Source: a virus
Lineage: Duplodnaviria > Caudoviricetes
Virus record (IMG/VR): IMGVR_UViG_3300032233_000817
Location: 1 to 55,896 of that record
Strand: one strand, 5' to 3'
Length of the DNA stretch: 55,896 nt
Shown: positions 26,217 through 37,082 of the stretch, one piece after another
How positions within the stretch are numbered: position 1 is the stretch's first letter
Layout of the letters: every line of letters starts with the position of its first letter
Program-made: the position numbers and the translations under genes
The notes under the pieces: model-generated
Seen by the model: only the letters and a program-made list of their open reading frames with translations
Told to the model about the DNA's origin: nothing
Database searches by the model: none

Positions 26217-26281
26217 AGATTAATGTGGATTAGGTAAAATAGAAGATGCTCCGTAGATGAAACACCTTCGGAGCGTTTTAT
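26213..26281 (+). promoter_or_regulatory. Promoter plus leader hairpin or terminator before the primase gene
   Basis: TTGAAG-16-TAAAAT, then GATGCTCCG...CGGAGCGTT stem and T-rich tail. Confidence 0.5.
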
Positions 26282-26301
26282 TCTAAGAGAGAAGAGGACA
26301 A

Positions 26302-29160
26302 ATGCTTAAAGAATTTTACACAAAGGCTATGCCGGACAAGGGAATCTATTGTGTGGCGTACAATATTCCAAATACTGAGCCTTACATAGAAGAATATGTA
26401 GACTCTTTGGATAAAGCCGTAGAGTTAATTTACAACAATAAAAAAATGAATCGCAACACTTTCATGACCATGAGTACATTGAAAGAAAAAAAAAGAATTG
26501 CGACTAATACTTTATATATTAAATCATTTTATATTGATATAGATGTCGGCGAAACTAAAGATTATAAAACACAAAAAGAAGCTCTTTTAGAGTTAAGTAA
26601 ATTTTTAGAGGCTACTAAATTACCATTGCCTTCTGTTGTAAATAGTGGTAATGGAGTTCATGTTTATTGGTTTTTAAAACAACAGTTAGATAGAGCTGAA
26701 TGGAAACCTATTGCAGATCAATTAAAAGAATTATGCCTACAACATGATTTAAAAATTGATAGATTAATTACGGGAGATTCTGTTAGATTATTAAGATGCC
26801 CTGATACTAACAATTTAAAACAAACCCCTCCACGACCTACCTTACTTTTAAGAGATGCCCCTACATATGATTTAGAAGTTATTACTAAAATACTTGATAA
26901 GAATACTCAACCTTTAAAAGATACTATAAAACGAAAAGCTTTGACAGATGCAGAAAAAACTAAATATGCAAATATAGAAAACAGATTTAAACCCTTACTT
27001 TATGACAGCGTTAAAGGTAATCAAAAAGGTTGTGGGCAAATTAAATACTATGTAGAAAATGTAAAAACTGTATCAGAGCCTTTGTGGTGGAAGATATTAT
27101 CCTTGGCCCAAAGTTGTGTCGATCGCGATGAGGTGATACATCTTATATCTGAAAGACACCCGAAATATACTTTTGAGGAAACAGAGAAAAAAGCTACTAG
27201 CACTGAAAGAACAATTGATAAAGATGGTAAACCTAAAGGTGGCCCTCATACTTGTGAATCATTTGAAGACGCTAATCCAGGTATATGTAAGTCGTGTCCC
27301 CATTGGCAAACTATTTCTACGCCCGTTCAACTTCATAAATACCCTATAAAAGAATTGCCTGCTGTACATGATATAGCTATTGAAGGAGAAGTTCTCCCTG
27401 CTATTCACAAAGATTTAAAAGGTTTGCCTGAAACCCTGGATAAAAAGGGGTACTGGATAGGAGCAAAAGTAGGAGGGGTATTTAAAACAGTATCAGTCTC
27501 TGATAAAAAAGGAGTTTCTCATAAAGAAGATAAAGTAGTTTATGAATATACAATGCGAGCAATTCGGCATGTGAGGAGTTCGGCAGAGGGAAATTGTTTA
27601 GTTATTAATGTATTTCACCCGCATGATGGAACTAAAGAGTTTATATTACCCATGAAAGTAGTATATGAAAAATCAGAATTAAGAAAAGAATTAACGAGCC
27701 ACGGAATTTATTACGAGTCATTAGAACAAGAGGAAATAATCATGAGGTATTTTATTGATTGGGCAATAGATATGCAGAAGAAAAATAAGTACGATGTTAT
27801 GTACGATCAAATGGGTTGGAACGAAGACAAAAGTTCTTTTGTTATTGGAAACATAGAAATTTCTAAAGATAAATCTATGAAGACCACCCCTATTTCTCCA
27901 CTAGCAAAATCAGTCGCGCCGTTTTTAACTACAAGTGGCACTTACAAAGAGTGGCAAAATACTGCACAAAAACTAGGTCAGAACGGCCTAGAGATGCATA
28001 TGTTTACTATGCTGTGTGGGTTCGGATCTATTTTGATGGACTTTTCATCAACTTCGGGAGTTGCTATTTCTTTAACAGGAGATTCTGGCGCGGCTAAAAC
28101 GGGAGCGTTATATGCTGCTTTAAGTATATGGGGGAAGCCCAAAGATTTAGCGGTAATGAATGCAACGGCCAACGCTTTACAAGGACGATTTTTAACACTG
28201 CATAATTTACCCATGGGGTTTGATGAAGTGGGCAACAAAAACCCGTACCTATTATCTGATTTTGTTTTATCGGTTTCGCAGGGTAAAGCCAAACTTAAAA
28301 TGCAAGCATCATCAAATATGGAAAGAGATTATGAAGCTCCTGCTTCTTTAATTGCTATCTTAACTTCTAACCACAGTATTTATGATAAGTTAAAATCAAT
28401 CCGCTCTAATCCTAATGGGGAGGCTGCAAGGCTTATTGAATTTACTGTAAGAAAACCTAAATCATTTATTGATAATGCTAGATTAGGTAAGGAAATCTTT
28501 GACGAATTTAATTCTCATTACGGTTGGGCAGGGGTAGAATTTGTGAAGGCCGTTTTTGATTTTGGTGATGAACGAGCAATTAAACAGAATCTTGCTAAAT
28601 GGGAAAATAGATTTGTTCAAGATTTTGGCAACGATACTGCGTATAGATTTTATGAAAATTTAGTGTCCGTTACTATGACTGCAGCAGAGATAGTTCACAA
28701 CGCAGAGATTTTAAAGATTGACGTGGATCGGGTATATAAATTTATTGTAGGGGAAATGATTACAATCAGAGATGATGTAGTTAAGGTAAATAATGTAGAT
28801 TATGAAGCGATTCTCCAAGATTATTTAGACGCTAATGTAGATAAGATTCTTGCATTCAAAGATGAAAAAATTATTACTGAACCGTACAGGCAACTAACAG
28901 TTAGAATTGATAATGATAAAGACGCTATGTATATTTCTAAACGCGAATTTGACACGTACTTAGGCGAATTAACTATTAGTACTAAAGAGTTTATGTTTCA
29001 ATTAAAAAGTGCAGGGGTAGATATTGAAGCTGGTGCAAATGTTAAACAAAGAATGAATGCTGGGTGGAAAGATGTATCAAAATCAGCAACTGCTGTTTAC
29101 AAAATTAAATTAAGCACATTAGGAAAAGATATAAAGGCACTAAACCATGCAGCTGCATAA
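26302..29160 (+). CDS. Primase (AEP/RepB-like) fused to a DUF927-type helicase
   Basis: YIDID, SGNGVHVYW, RLLR.P.T.N; Cys cluster; P-loop GDSGAAKT; FDE. Confidence 0.85.
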   Translation: MLKEFYTKAMPDKGIYCVAYNIPNTEPYIEEYVDSLDKAVELIYNNKKMNRNTFMTMSTLKEKKRIATNTLYIKSFYIDIDVGETKDYKTQKEALLELSKFLEATKLPLPSVVNSGNGVHVYWFLKQQLDRAEWKPIADQLKELCLQHDLKIDRLITGDSVRLLRCPDTNNLKQTPPRPTLLLRDAPTYDLEVITKILDKNTQPLKDTIKRKALTDAEKTKYANIENRFKPLLYDSVKGNQKGCGQIKYYVENVKTVSEPLWWKILSLAQSCVDRDEVIHLISERHPKYTFEETEKKATSTERTIDKDGKPKGGPHTCESFEDANPGICKSCPHWQTISTPVQLHKYPIKELPAVHDIAIEGEVLPAIHKDLKGLPETLDKKGYWIGAKVGGVFKTVSVSDKKGVSHKEDKVVYEYTMRAIRHVRSSAEGNCLVINVFHPHDGTKEFILPMKVVYEKSELRKELTSHGIYYESLEQEEIIMRYFIDWAIDMQKKNKYDVMYDQMGWNEDKSSFVIGNIEISKDKSMKTTPISPLAKSVAPFLTTSGTYKEWQNTAQKLGQNGLEMHMFTMLCGFGSILMDFSSTSGVAISLTGDSGAAKTGALYAALSIWGKPKDLAVMNATANALQGRFLTLHNLPMGFDEVGNKNPYLLSDFVLSVSQGKAKLKMQASSNMERDYEAPASLIAILTSNHSIYDKLKSIRSNPNGEAARLIEFTVRKPKSFIDNARLGKEIFDEFNSHYGWAGVEFVKAVFDFGDERAIKQNLAKWENRFVQDFGNDTAYRFYENLVSVTMTAAEIVHNAEILKIDVDRVYKFIVGEMITIRDDVVKVNNVDYEAILQDYLDANVDKILAFKDEKIITEPYRQLTVRIDNDKDAMYISKREFDTYLGELTISTKEFMFQLKSAGVDIEAGANVKQRMNAGWKDVSKSATAVYKIKLSTLGKDIKALNHAAA

Positions 29161-29347
29161 TGACCCCGAATGGTTATTTCCGTTTGAGATGATGGAAATA
29201 GGAGATAGTTTTTTTATTCCCACTTTAAAAAGTGCGCCGTTAATTTATGCGATTGAAACAGGAGCTAAAAGAGCAAAGGTCAGAGTAAAAACTTATTCTG
29301 TTATTGAAGCAGATTATATGGGGGTACGCACTTGGCGGATAGGTTAA
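29147..29347 (+). CDS. Small conserved phage protein
   Basis: FPF..M.IGDSFFIP...GVR.WR motif; last plus-strand gene. Confidence 0.7.
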   Translation: MQLHNDPEWLFPFEMMEIGDSFFIPTLKSAPLIYAIETGAKRAKVRVKTYSVIEADYMGVRTWRIG

Positions 29348-32300
29348 CTACCCATTTCTTCTTTTAGATATTCCCTATATTTCTTTGAAATAGTAACGCC
29401 GTTAACACTATCGGCAATAGCTTTCTTTCTTTTTTTATAAGAACTATCTCTTGTGGCAGCAGTAATGGGGTTAAGCTTTCCAGTTGTGGATGCATTATAT
29501 TCATTAATTTTTTCGTTTACTACTTGTAACATTTCTCTATCCCCACTATCTCTAGCTAAGAAAGATGCAGTTAATAATCCTTCACGTTTCTCAAGCATTC
29601 TGCGCTCTGCGCTTTTCATAGTATTGTTGCGTTCATAATTTAAAGCTAATTCTTGATTTGTAAATCCAAAAACTTGCATGAAAATACTAAAAGCCCCAAT
29701 GTCTTCAACAAGAGGGGCACCAGTGCGTGTACGCGCGCCTTCATTAGTATATCGTACTGCTTTTAATGGGTTACGCAGAAAAGCTGGTAACATTTCTTCT
29801 GAACCGCGCATTATAAATCCGTTGTTCATATCCTCTATTCCCCTTCCCACATTTCTCATATAACCGTATGCAGGGCCTAAAGCTGTTTCAAGGATGTATC
29901 CCGGCACGCCTATTTCAGATACACGACGAGAATCTTCTCTAAATATTAAATTACTGAAACCTGTTCTTGCGGCTACATCAACCCTAACCATTTTATTGAG
30001 CGGGCCTTTATATCCAATATCTCCAAAAATATCACGGACTTTTTCGTCAAAATCATAAGGTTCATCATCGTCGCCAAACATTGCATTGAATGTTTCTGAT
30101 AATACATTAGCCGCACCGTATAGAGGCATTCCTTGAAGTCCTGCTATAGTAAAAGACATACCATAAATGCCCACTAATTGTTTTCTTGCTGCATATTTTA
30201 TAAGTTTAAGGTCTGCTATTTCTTGTTCATACGCTTTAATTTTTACAGGATCTGATGTTTCAGTAATTAGTTTAGCTAATTCAGCCCTTTTAGCATCGCC
30301 TCCTTTTGTAGACTCATGAAATAATTTAATAAGTAATGACATCATAGCGTGGGCGTATCGTTTAAAAGTAAATATAGTTTTGCCCCAGCCTGTTTGAAAA
30401 TATCTAGGGCCTACTTCGGGTAGAGCTGTGCCATGAGATTCTCTTGTAAAGTCTCTTGCGACCTCTGCAGCCTTAGCATCAAACCCTGTAGCATTAGGAT
30501 TTTTTTCTGCTAAGTAGGAAGCTAGATAAGTGACTTCTCTATTAAATCGCTCAGTATTTTGAAATGTCCACGATAACAAAGTGTCTACTCTTGCTTTAAT
30601 TCCTGTAAATTCTTCTGCAGTTTTTTTTCTCATTTCTGTGAGTTCGTATCCTAATCCACGTCTAAATACCGCATTTTGTAATCCTGCTTCATAAAGAGTC
30701 AATATATCTTCTGGGAGCACATCTGCTTGATCAATAAGACCTTTAGCTGCATTTTCTTTGGATCGTAAAAATCCGTTTTTCATTGCGAATGACCAATCGG
30801 GGTAGTATCCTCTATTATTATCAAATCCTCCGTTTTTATACATTTTTATAGCGTCAAACAAAGCAGCGCTACCTTTTACAATACCGTGTTTGGCAATAAG
30901 ACCTGGACCCACAATAACTAGCATTTGAGATAAGTTAACTATGGCAGAAGATATATTACCCGCAATTGTAGTTAGAAAACTTAAGTAAGCTAAATTACCT
31001 GATAGAGGATCTGCTACAGGGTTATTAATAAAATGTCTTGATTTTTGAGTAACATCTAATGCAGCATATTGGACAGATGCTTTTAATCCTTCTTTTTTAG
31101 CGGGTTCTATTGTCGGGTCATTTTCAATAGTTTCATTTGCTATATTAGCTTGTTCAGAAATTTCACTAGTAGCTTCATTAAATTGTGGAATATATTCCAT
31201 ATTCGTAACTTGGTTCGCCATGCGCGCACCGATATCAATAAATCCACCTACTATATCTGGAAGTTCACCTCGAGTTCCTTTTCTTGCTCGAGTGTTTTGA
31301 CGAACAGCGCTGCTTGGAAACATATCAATATAGAATCCATAAATTTGGTCAATCATTTCTTGTGCTTGTACTGAAACTTTACCGTCTGAATCTCCCATTT
31401 GTTCTTTTATAACCCCAATAACTTCTTGGAAAAAATCATTGGGCGGTATATCTTGTGTGCGTGCAGTTTCAGGAGAAACACTAGAAGAAATATATTTTCC
31501 ACCACTTGATATTATTTCTTCAATTCGTCTATCTAATTCACGAGGAGTTTCAAATCTTTCTACATATACTTCTTGTTCAAAACCTTCAGGAGTTCTGCCC
31601 GCAGGTTGATATTTAAGTACGTGTTGACCTTTACGTCTAAACGGATGATAAAAAACTAGTTGATTAGCTACTAATTGTTCTTTATATTTTTCGGCCTTTT
31701 CTGAAGGTGGTATGGGTCTACCTTTAGTATCTTTATCAGGAAGTAATTTAAGAATTGCCGCATTGAATTTTTTTGCATATTGTTGAAATACATTTGAGTA
31801 GCCTATAGCTAACATTTGAAGTTCCGCAGGCAGCTGTTTAAATTCTCCTACTAAAGGATGGTATGCATTATCAGGGTCAGTTGGGTCAATACCTAGTTCT
31901 AACCGAGCATTCCCTTCTTCACCGCGAGATAAATCATATACAATTCGAGTCCAGTTTTTTATCATGTCTGGACTATATTTAGTTGTTACTATTTGAGAAG
32001 GAACCGATTCTATTCTAAAATCACTTGATACTCGTGCGGCGCCATCATAAAAATTTTCTATAGAAATTTCTTCTCCGTTAGGTTTTACAAATTTAAAAGC
32101 ATTTCTTTTCTCGCCTTTTATAATTTTCATTCCCATTGAACCCAGTCTATCTACCTCTGCTCTAGCTCGGTCTGCTTCACCTGCTCGACTATCAAGAAGC
32201 TCCATTAATTTTTTAAAAGAAGGAATATACTTGTGATAAAGTTGAACCATAGCTGGCAAACCTAGCATACCCATTGACATTTCTCTTAGATTGATAGGTA

Positions 32301-35300
32301 AGCTACTCATTTTATCTCTTACATCTTCTAATGCTTTAGGAGTGCCTTCACGTATAGAAGTAAAAGCAGCCCCTGCCATATCTAATAATTTTTCAGCAGT
32401 TTTAGGACTATAAGCACCTGGAGGATTATCAGCGGAATATAAACTTGGGTAAGTGACTACTTCTTCATTTAATTGTAGTTTTACTGATGGAACGTTTTCT
32501 TTAAGCGTTCTATTTAATGAGTATAAAATCATGTCTTGTAAATCACGGGATGTAATTTTTGCCGGATCGTAAAAACCTAATCTTCTTAAAAAGTTTTTAA
32601 CCATGCCCATCACATATCTAAACCAAGTATTTTGCGGTGCCGTTTCACCAATATGAGCTGCAACTTCTCTTAAAAAATTAAGGCTTCCAGGTCTGTACCT
32701 AACAGGATCAGAACCTGTATAATTTCTTGTTACTTGGGTCCATGCAGCTGCAACAACAGAATCAGTGTCTTTTAGTTTATTAAGTTGTATTAAAGTAGGT
32801 AAATAATTATCCCCTAACATACCTTCAAGACCGTAGTGTTCTCCGATTTCGTGGAGTAACATATCTCGTGCGGTTCCTTTAGGATTTCTATTGGCAATAA
32901 TAGTTGTTTTCCCAGTTCTAAATTTATCCCTTTTTGGATTGAATTGATAAAAAGCCGTAACGCCCTCTCCTATATCAAAATCAAGATCTTCTGCAGCATC
33001 TATTAAATTGAGTCTTCCTCGAGAAAGAAGTTTATCAATAAGGGGTTTCCCAAATTCTTTGTATAAATCTTCTCTTACTTCTTGTGCGTTATTGTATCTT
33101 GTAAGTTTTTCTGCGCCTGCTTGAGAAGGGTTTGCTCCAAGCGAAGGTTCTATTGTAGTGTCTTCATCTTTAACGTACGCGGTTTTCCCCGCAATTTCAT
33201 TTCTTCTTTGGGTATCTAAAATTTCTTTAGCTAGTGTAGGTGTAAAATATCCATCTCGTATAGCGTCAGTAACTCGCTGTTTAAGTGTTTTATCTAATTT
33301 AGCATACGGCATATCAGAGATAAACGTTGCCCATCCTTTAGCTATAGGTGTTTTAGGGTCTAGTGGAGTACTGCTAACCGCCTCTCCTCCTCTAACATCT
33401 GAGCCATCTGTAACAATATCTCCCACTGGCTTGGAGTCAATACCTCCAGTTGTGGTGGGGCTTCGTTCAGAAATGGGTTTGCCAGATATTTCAGTGCCAC
33501 CTCGAATATCTGGACTTCCTCTTGATTCAGGTTCTGCGGATTTAATAGTAGTCTCATCTTTTGTCTCCTTCCAAGTTTGAGCTTCTGGACTCCATTGTAA
33601 TGTGGTACTAGTCTCTGGGTTAAATGCAGTATCAGTTTCAGGATCATATTGCAATCCCGCAGTTTCTGCAGCTTTCTCTTTAGTTATTTGTAATGAAAAT
33701 GGAGAGGGCTCTGTCGTTATTTCTATATCTTCTTTTACGGGCGGCTTTGGTGTAGGCAAAGAAGGAAAAGGTAACGTACCTTGTTTTTGTTTTTCTTTTC
33801 CTGAAGGGACTCCAGTTTGTGGTTCTCCTTCTATTTCTGCTTGTGTAGGCCCGGCTAGTTCTTCTGGAAAACCAGGAAGAGATGCTTGAGTTGGCGTTGC
33901 GATAGGCGGTACAGGCGATATAGGCGGCACATTAGCAGGTGGAGTCGGCAATACTTCTTGAATATCTCCCGTAGGTGCTCCTCCTATGGGTGTTGGTGTT
34001 GGTGTTGATGCTGGTGCCGCTGGGTCAACAAGAGGAGGCACTGCAAGATCTTGGATTTTTTGTTCTATTGGGGCAGAGATGCCTCTAAATACACCGCCTG
34101 CAACTGCTCCGCGTACAGAAGATTCCATAATTCGATTCCAATCTGCACTATCAAAAATTTGCGGGTTTTTTCCTACAAAGTTTTCTGCAGCAATACTAAG
34201 ACCTTCTTGTGCACCTTCAGTTATACCTTCTTGTCCCGCTCCTTTAAGAAATCCTTTAAATGCTGTATTAGCTAAACCTGGACGCATTCCTGATTTTAGT
34301 AAAACAGATTTAGCAACCGCTCCTTTTAATGCAGGGCTCATGCCATCTAATATAGATTTTGGAAGAACAGAATCTAAACCAGCCGTAGCTGCTCCAAATA
34401 TTGCTGATGCTCCAGGCGCAAGTTGCCCAGTTTCTCGGTAAACATTTTGAAATACTTCAGGAGCATTAAGAGCATAAGAACCTAAATATACTCCTACGCC
34501 TCGAGCTACTGCTTGTCGTTTAGCAAGTTCAGTAGCAACTAATTTACCTGCACCAATTTTTGCAGCTTGTCCCGCAACGCCACCTGGGATTAATGTGGTT
34601 AAAATATTAGGACCTTGTTCTAATGCTGTTTCTAATCCGAACTTTAACCCAGAACCTATACCCGAAACATCTTTATATGAATCATATTGAGGCGCAAGAT
34701 TTCTTTGAATATATTCTTCGGTCTTTTGGGCTTGAGCTAATTGTTTTTTTGCGTAGTCATCAAATCCAAGTCCACTAGCTGCCATAGCAGGTATAACGTC
34801 ACCAGCAGTAGAGCCTAATCTTTCGAATCCGCGATCTAATGCTTTACTTGCAATTTGTCCAACTGTATATTTTTTTTCAATATTAGCTGGGTCAGAATAA
34901 TAATTTTGTGTTGCTACCGCAATTAATTGATCATCGGTGGCTCCTATTGGACCCTCAATCTTCATAATTTTTCCATTAGGCGCTTGTACCTCATAGACTT
35001 TTGTTTGAGGCTGTGTAGCAGCTAGAGAAGGACTTTTAGGCGCTACAAAAGGTTGAGCAGGTGCAACTGTAGGTGCAGGAGAATCTGGTGGGGGAGCAGA
35101 TTCTTGTTTAGGGGGTTGTTTTTTAGGTGCGTCAGGTTTAACTGAGTCTGAAAAAGTTAAAAAGTTTTGCCACCTTCTATTTTGAATTGCCTGATTATGT
35201 TTGCCACCTACAGTATTATATTCTGGAATTTTTTTAGCAATTTCTTCACTCGTACGTTTACCATTACCAGTGAGATTTAAAAAATTATTTTGCCCTACAT

Positions 35301-35613
35301 TATAATGAAAATCAGTAAGGGAATAAATTTGCTGATCGTCCCAATTATACCCATGCTTTTCAGAGAAACCTCTAATAAAATTTTCGCGATTATTAAGGTC
35401 TTCTAAAAAACGCTGTTCCGCTTCTTCTTCAGAAATAGTTTCTTTGGGATTAAGAGCTTTAGTTCCATATCCTATAGAATATTGACTGCCGTCTTTATAA
35501 GCGACGTTACTAAAGCCTTCTTTATTTTTAATAAAGTTGACGAGTTTATCTTTAGTAAGAGATTCCCCCGCTTTTAAAATAGGTTCTTCAGTTAACCTTG
35601 TAGGAGTTGACAT
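29344..35613 (-). CDS. Giant internal virion (ejection/polyvalent-type) protein with N-terminal lysozyme domain and metallopeptidase-like motif
   Basis: 2089 aa; EGF...Y.D....SIGYG lysozyme motif; HEIGEHYGL; YHPFRRKG (PLxRFG-like); helical C-terminus. Confidence 0.75.
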   Translation of the reverse strand: MSTPTRLTEEPILKAGESLTKDKLVNFIKNKEGFSNVAYKDGSQYSIGYGTKALNPKETISEEEAEQRFLEDLNNRENFIRGFSEKHGYNWDDQQIYSLTDFHYNVGQNNFLNLTGNGKRTSEEIAKKIPEYNTVGGKHNQAIQNRRWQNFLTFSDSVKPDAPKKQPPKQESAPPPDSPAPTVAPAQPFVAPKSPSLAATQPQTKVYEVQAPNGKIMKIEGPIGATDDQLIAVATQNYYSDPANIEKKYTVGQIASKALDRGFERLGSTAGDVIPAMAASGLGFDDYAKKQLAQAQKTEEYIQRNLAPQYDSYKDVSGIGSGLKFGLETALEQGPNILTTLIPGGVAGQAAKIGAGKLVATELAKRQAVARGVGVYLGSYALNAPEVFQNVYRETGQLAPGASAIFGAATAGLDSVLPKSILDGMSPALKGAVAKSVLLKSGMRPGLANTAFKGFLKGAGQEGITEGAQEGLSIAAENFVGKNPQIFDSADWNRIMESSVRGAVAGGVFRGISAPIEQKIQDLAVPPLVDPAAPASTPTPTPIGGAPTGDIQEVLPTPPANVPPISPVPPIATPTQASLPGFPEELAGPTQAEIEGEPQTGVPSGKEKQKQGTLPFPSLPTPKPPVKEDIEITTEPSPFSLQITKEKAAETAGLQYDPETDTAFNPETSTTLQWSPEAQTWKETKDETTIKSAEPESRGSPDIRGGTEISGKPISERSPTTTGGIDSKPVGDIVTDGSDVRGGEAVSSTPLDPKTPIAKGWATFISDMPYAKLDKTLKQRVTDAIRDGYFTPTLAKEILDTQRRNEIAGKTAYVKDEDTTIEPSLGANPSQAGAEKLTRYNNAQEVREDLYKEFGKPLIDKLLSRGRLNLIDAAEDLDFDIGEGVTAFYQFNPKRDKFRTGKTTIIANRNPKGTARDMLLHEIGEHYGLEGMLGDNYLPTLIQLNKLKDTDSVVAAAWTQVTRNYTGSDPVRYRPGSLNFLREVAAHIGETAPQNTWFRYVMGMVKNFLRRLGFYDPAKITSRDLQDMILYSLNRTLKENVPSVKLQLNEEVVTYPSLYSADNPPGAYSPKTAEKLLDMAGAAFTSIREGTPKALEDVRDKMSSLPINLREMSMGMLGLPAMVQLYHKYIPSFKKLMELLDSRAGEADRARAEVDRLGSMGMKIIKGEKRNAFKFVKPNGEEISIENFYDGAARVSSDFRIESVPSQIVTTKYSPDMIKNWTRIVYDLSRGEEGNARLELGIDPTDPDNAYHPLVGEFKQLPAELQMLAIGYSNVFQQYAKKFNAAILKLLPDKDTKGRPIPPSEKAEKYKEQLVANQLVFYHPFRRKGQHVLKYQPAGRTPEGFEQEVYVERFETPRELDRRIEEIISSGGKYISSSVSPETARTQDIPPNDFFQEVIGVIKEQMGDSDGKVSVQAQEMIDQIYGFYIDMFPSSAVRQNTRARKGTRGELPDIVGGFIDIGARMANQVTNMEYIPQFNEATSEISEQANIANETIENDPTIEPAKKEGLKASVQYAALDVTQKSRHFINNPVADPLSGNLAYLSFLTTIAGNISSAIVNLSQMLVIVGPGLIAKHGIVKGSAALFDAIKMYKNGGFDNNRGYYPDWSFAMKNGFLRSKENAAKGLIDQADVLPEDILTLYEAGLQNAVFRRGLGYELTEMRKKTAEEFTGIKARVDTLLSWTFQNTERFNREVTYLASYLAEKNPNATGFDAKAAEVARDFTRESHGTALPEVGPRYFQTGWGKTIFTFKRYAHAMMSLLIKLFHESTKGGDAKRAELAKLITETSDPVKIKAYEQEIADLKLIKYAARKQLVGIYGMSFTIAGLQGMPLYGAANVLSETFNAMFGDDDEPYDFDEKVRDIFGDIGYKGPLNKMVRVDVAARTGFSNLIFREDSRRVSEIGVPGYILETALGPAYGYMRNVGRGIEDMNNGFIMRGSEEMLPAFLRNPLKAVRYTNEGARTRTGAPLVEDIGAFSIFMQVFGFTNQELALNYERNNTMKSAERRMLEKREGLLTASFLARDSGDREMLQVVNEKINEYNASTTGKLNPITAATRDSSYKKRKKAIADSVNGVTISKKYREYLKEEMGS

Positions 35614-35622
35614 AAATTACTT

Positions 35623-37080
35623 TTACTTTATAACTTTAAAACCGCCGTAATTTGTCGGATTCACGTTTTGACCCGATCTTAGACCTACTCTTCTTGCTAA
35701 TTCATTATTATATGCAGTTTGAAATTCAGGACTTTCTTCGTCATATTTTTCTCCATTTTTTTCAAACCACTTGGCTTGCCACTCTACAAATTTAGGATCG
35801 TTAATAACTTCATTAGCAATTTTTCCTTGCTCACTTGGTTTAAGCGTTCCTGCTACTTGTAAAGCATTTTGATTTTTGCTATCTGCTATAAGTAAATCCG
35901 CCATAAGTTTTTGATCCGCAATTTGTTTTGTGGCGCGTCTAGTTTCTTCTGCTTGTTTTGAATTAGCTCCAAATTGCGCAAATGCTATTCTTTCAGAACG
36001 TTGCGCTTGATCTAAACCCAACGCAAGTGCATTACGTTTTTCTTCTAAATCAGCTATTTTGTCTTGTGATGCAGCATAAGATTGAACACCTGCTTGAGCT
36101 CCCGCACCAATATTAGTTAGTGCAAACGGAGATGTACCTTGCATAGTTTTAAACCCAGCTTCTGTAAGTGCTAAGTACGGAGCCATTTCTTCTCGACGTG
36201 CTGCGCGTTCTTCCATTTTAAGTAACCGTTCTCTTTGCGCAGCTGCATTAGGATCAGTGCCTACATAATCTTGAAGTTCTTTAGCATAGTCACCAATTGA
36301 TTTAATTTTTTCTTCCGCAGGAGCTACATTTTTTGGGGTTTCTGCAGCTCGTTTAGCTGCGGCTTCTTTATCTGCTAATTCTTTAGCGGCTCTTTCTTTA
36401 TCTAACGCTACTTTTCTAGCTTCTTCTGCGCTAATTTGTTCTTTTTCTCCATACTGATTAATACCATAAATAGTTCCACCGATAACTGCGGTATCTACAT
36501 AAAATCCTGGTTTTTGTAAAAATCCTTTAGTGCCTTGTTCTAAAATAGGTGTAACGGGTCCAGTAGGTAAATTCATGGTAGGTGCTTTTACTTTAGATGT
36601 ACCTATTGCTTTATCTTTTAAATATTTTAATCCTCTTCCACCGTATTTAGCCGCGAATCTTCCCGTTGCTAGAGCTGCAGGTATAACATAGCCGCCAATA
36701 GGATACCCTACAGACCCGTCATCATATTTAACCCCACCACCATCTTCAAATGCGACAATACCACCGGATGCAAAGTTTTGATCTTGATACATATCATCGG
36801 GCACCGGTAAACTTGCAACACCTTGATCGTCATCTTGCATTTGTGGTTGGTCAGCTAACATTCCAAGCCCACCTTGAGGTTGAGCTGGTTGTGTTAAATC
36901 TTCTGCTACACTTGATTCTGGAGCTTGTTCAGCTTGATATTTAGTACGCATATCTTTACGGCGTTGTAATTCTGATAGGGCTAAATAGCTAGGAACATTT
37001 CCTGTAGGGTTCTGAACATAACCAATCAGTGCATCATCTGGTACACCTCTTAGTTCATTTTGTAATTTAATGATGTTCAT
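35623..37080 (-). CDS. Probable internal virion/ejection protein
   Basis: 485 aa, Ala/Glu-rich helices, FASGGIVAF motif, position in module. Confidence 0.6.
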   Translation of the reverse strand: MNIIKLQNELRGVPDDALIGYVQNPTGNVPSYLALSELQRRKDMRTKYQAEQAPESSVAEDLTQPAQPQGGLGMLADQPQMQDDDQGVASLPVPDDMYQDQNFASGGIVAFEDGGGVKYDDGSVGYPIGGYVIPAALATGRFAAKYGGRGLKYLKDKAIGTSKVKAPTMNLPTGPVTPILEQGTKGFLQKPGFYVDTAVIGGTIYGINQYGEKEQISAEEARKVALDKERAAKELADKEAAAKRAAETPKNVAPAEEKIKSIGDYAKELQDYVGTDPNAAAQRERLLKMEERAARREEMAPYLALTEAGFKTMQGTSPFALTNIGAGAQAGVQSYAASQDKIADLEEKRNALALGLDQAQRSERIAFAQFGANSKQAEETRRATKQIADQKLMADLLIADSKNQNALQVAGTLKPSEQGKIANEVINDPKFVEWQAKWFEKNGEKYDEESPEFQTAYNNELARRVGLRSGQNVNPTNYGGFKVIK

Positions 37081-37082
37081 AA

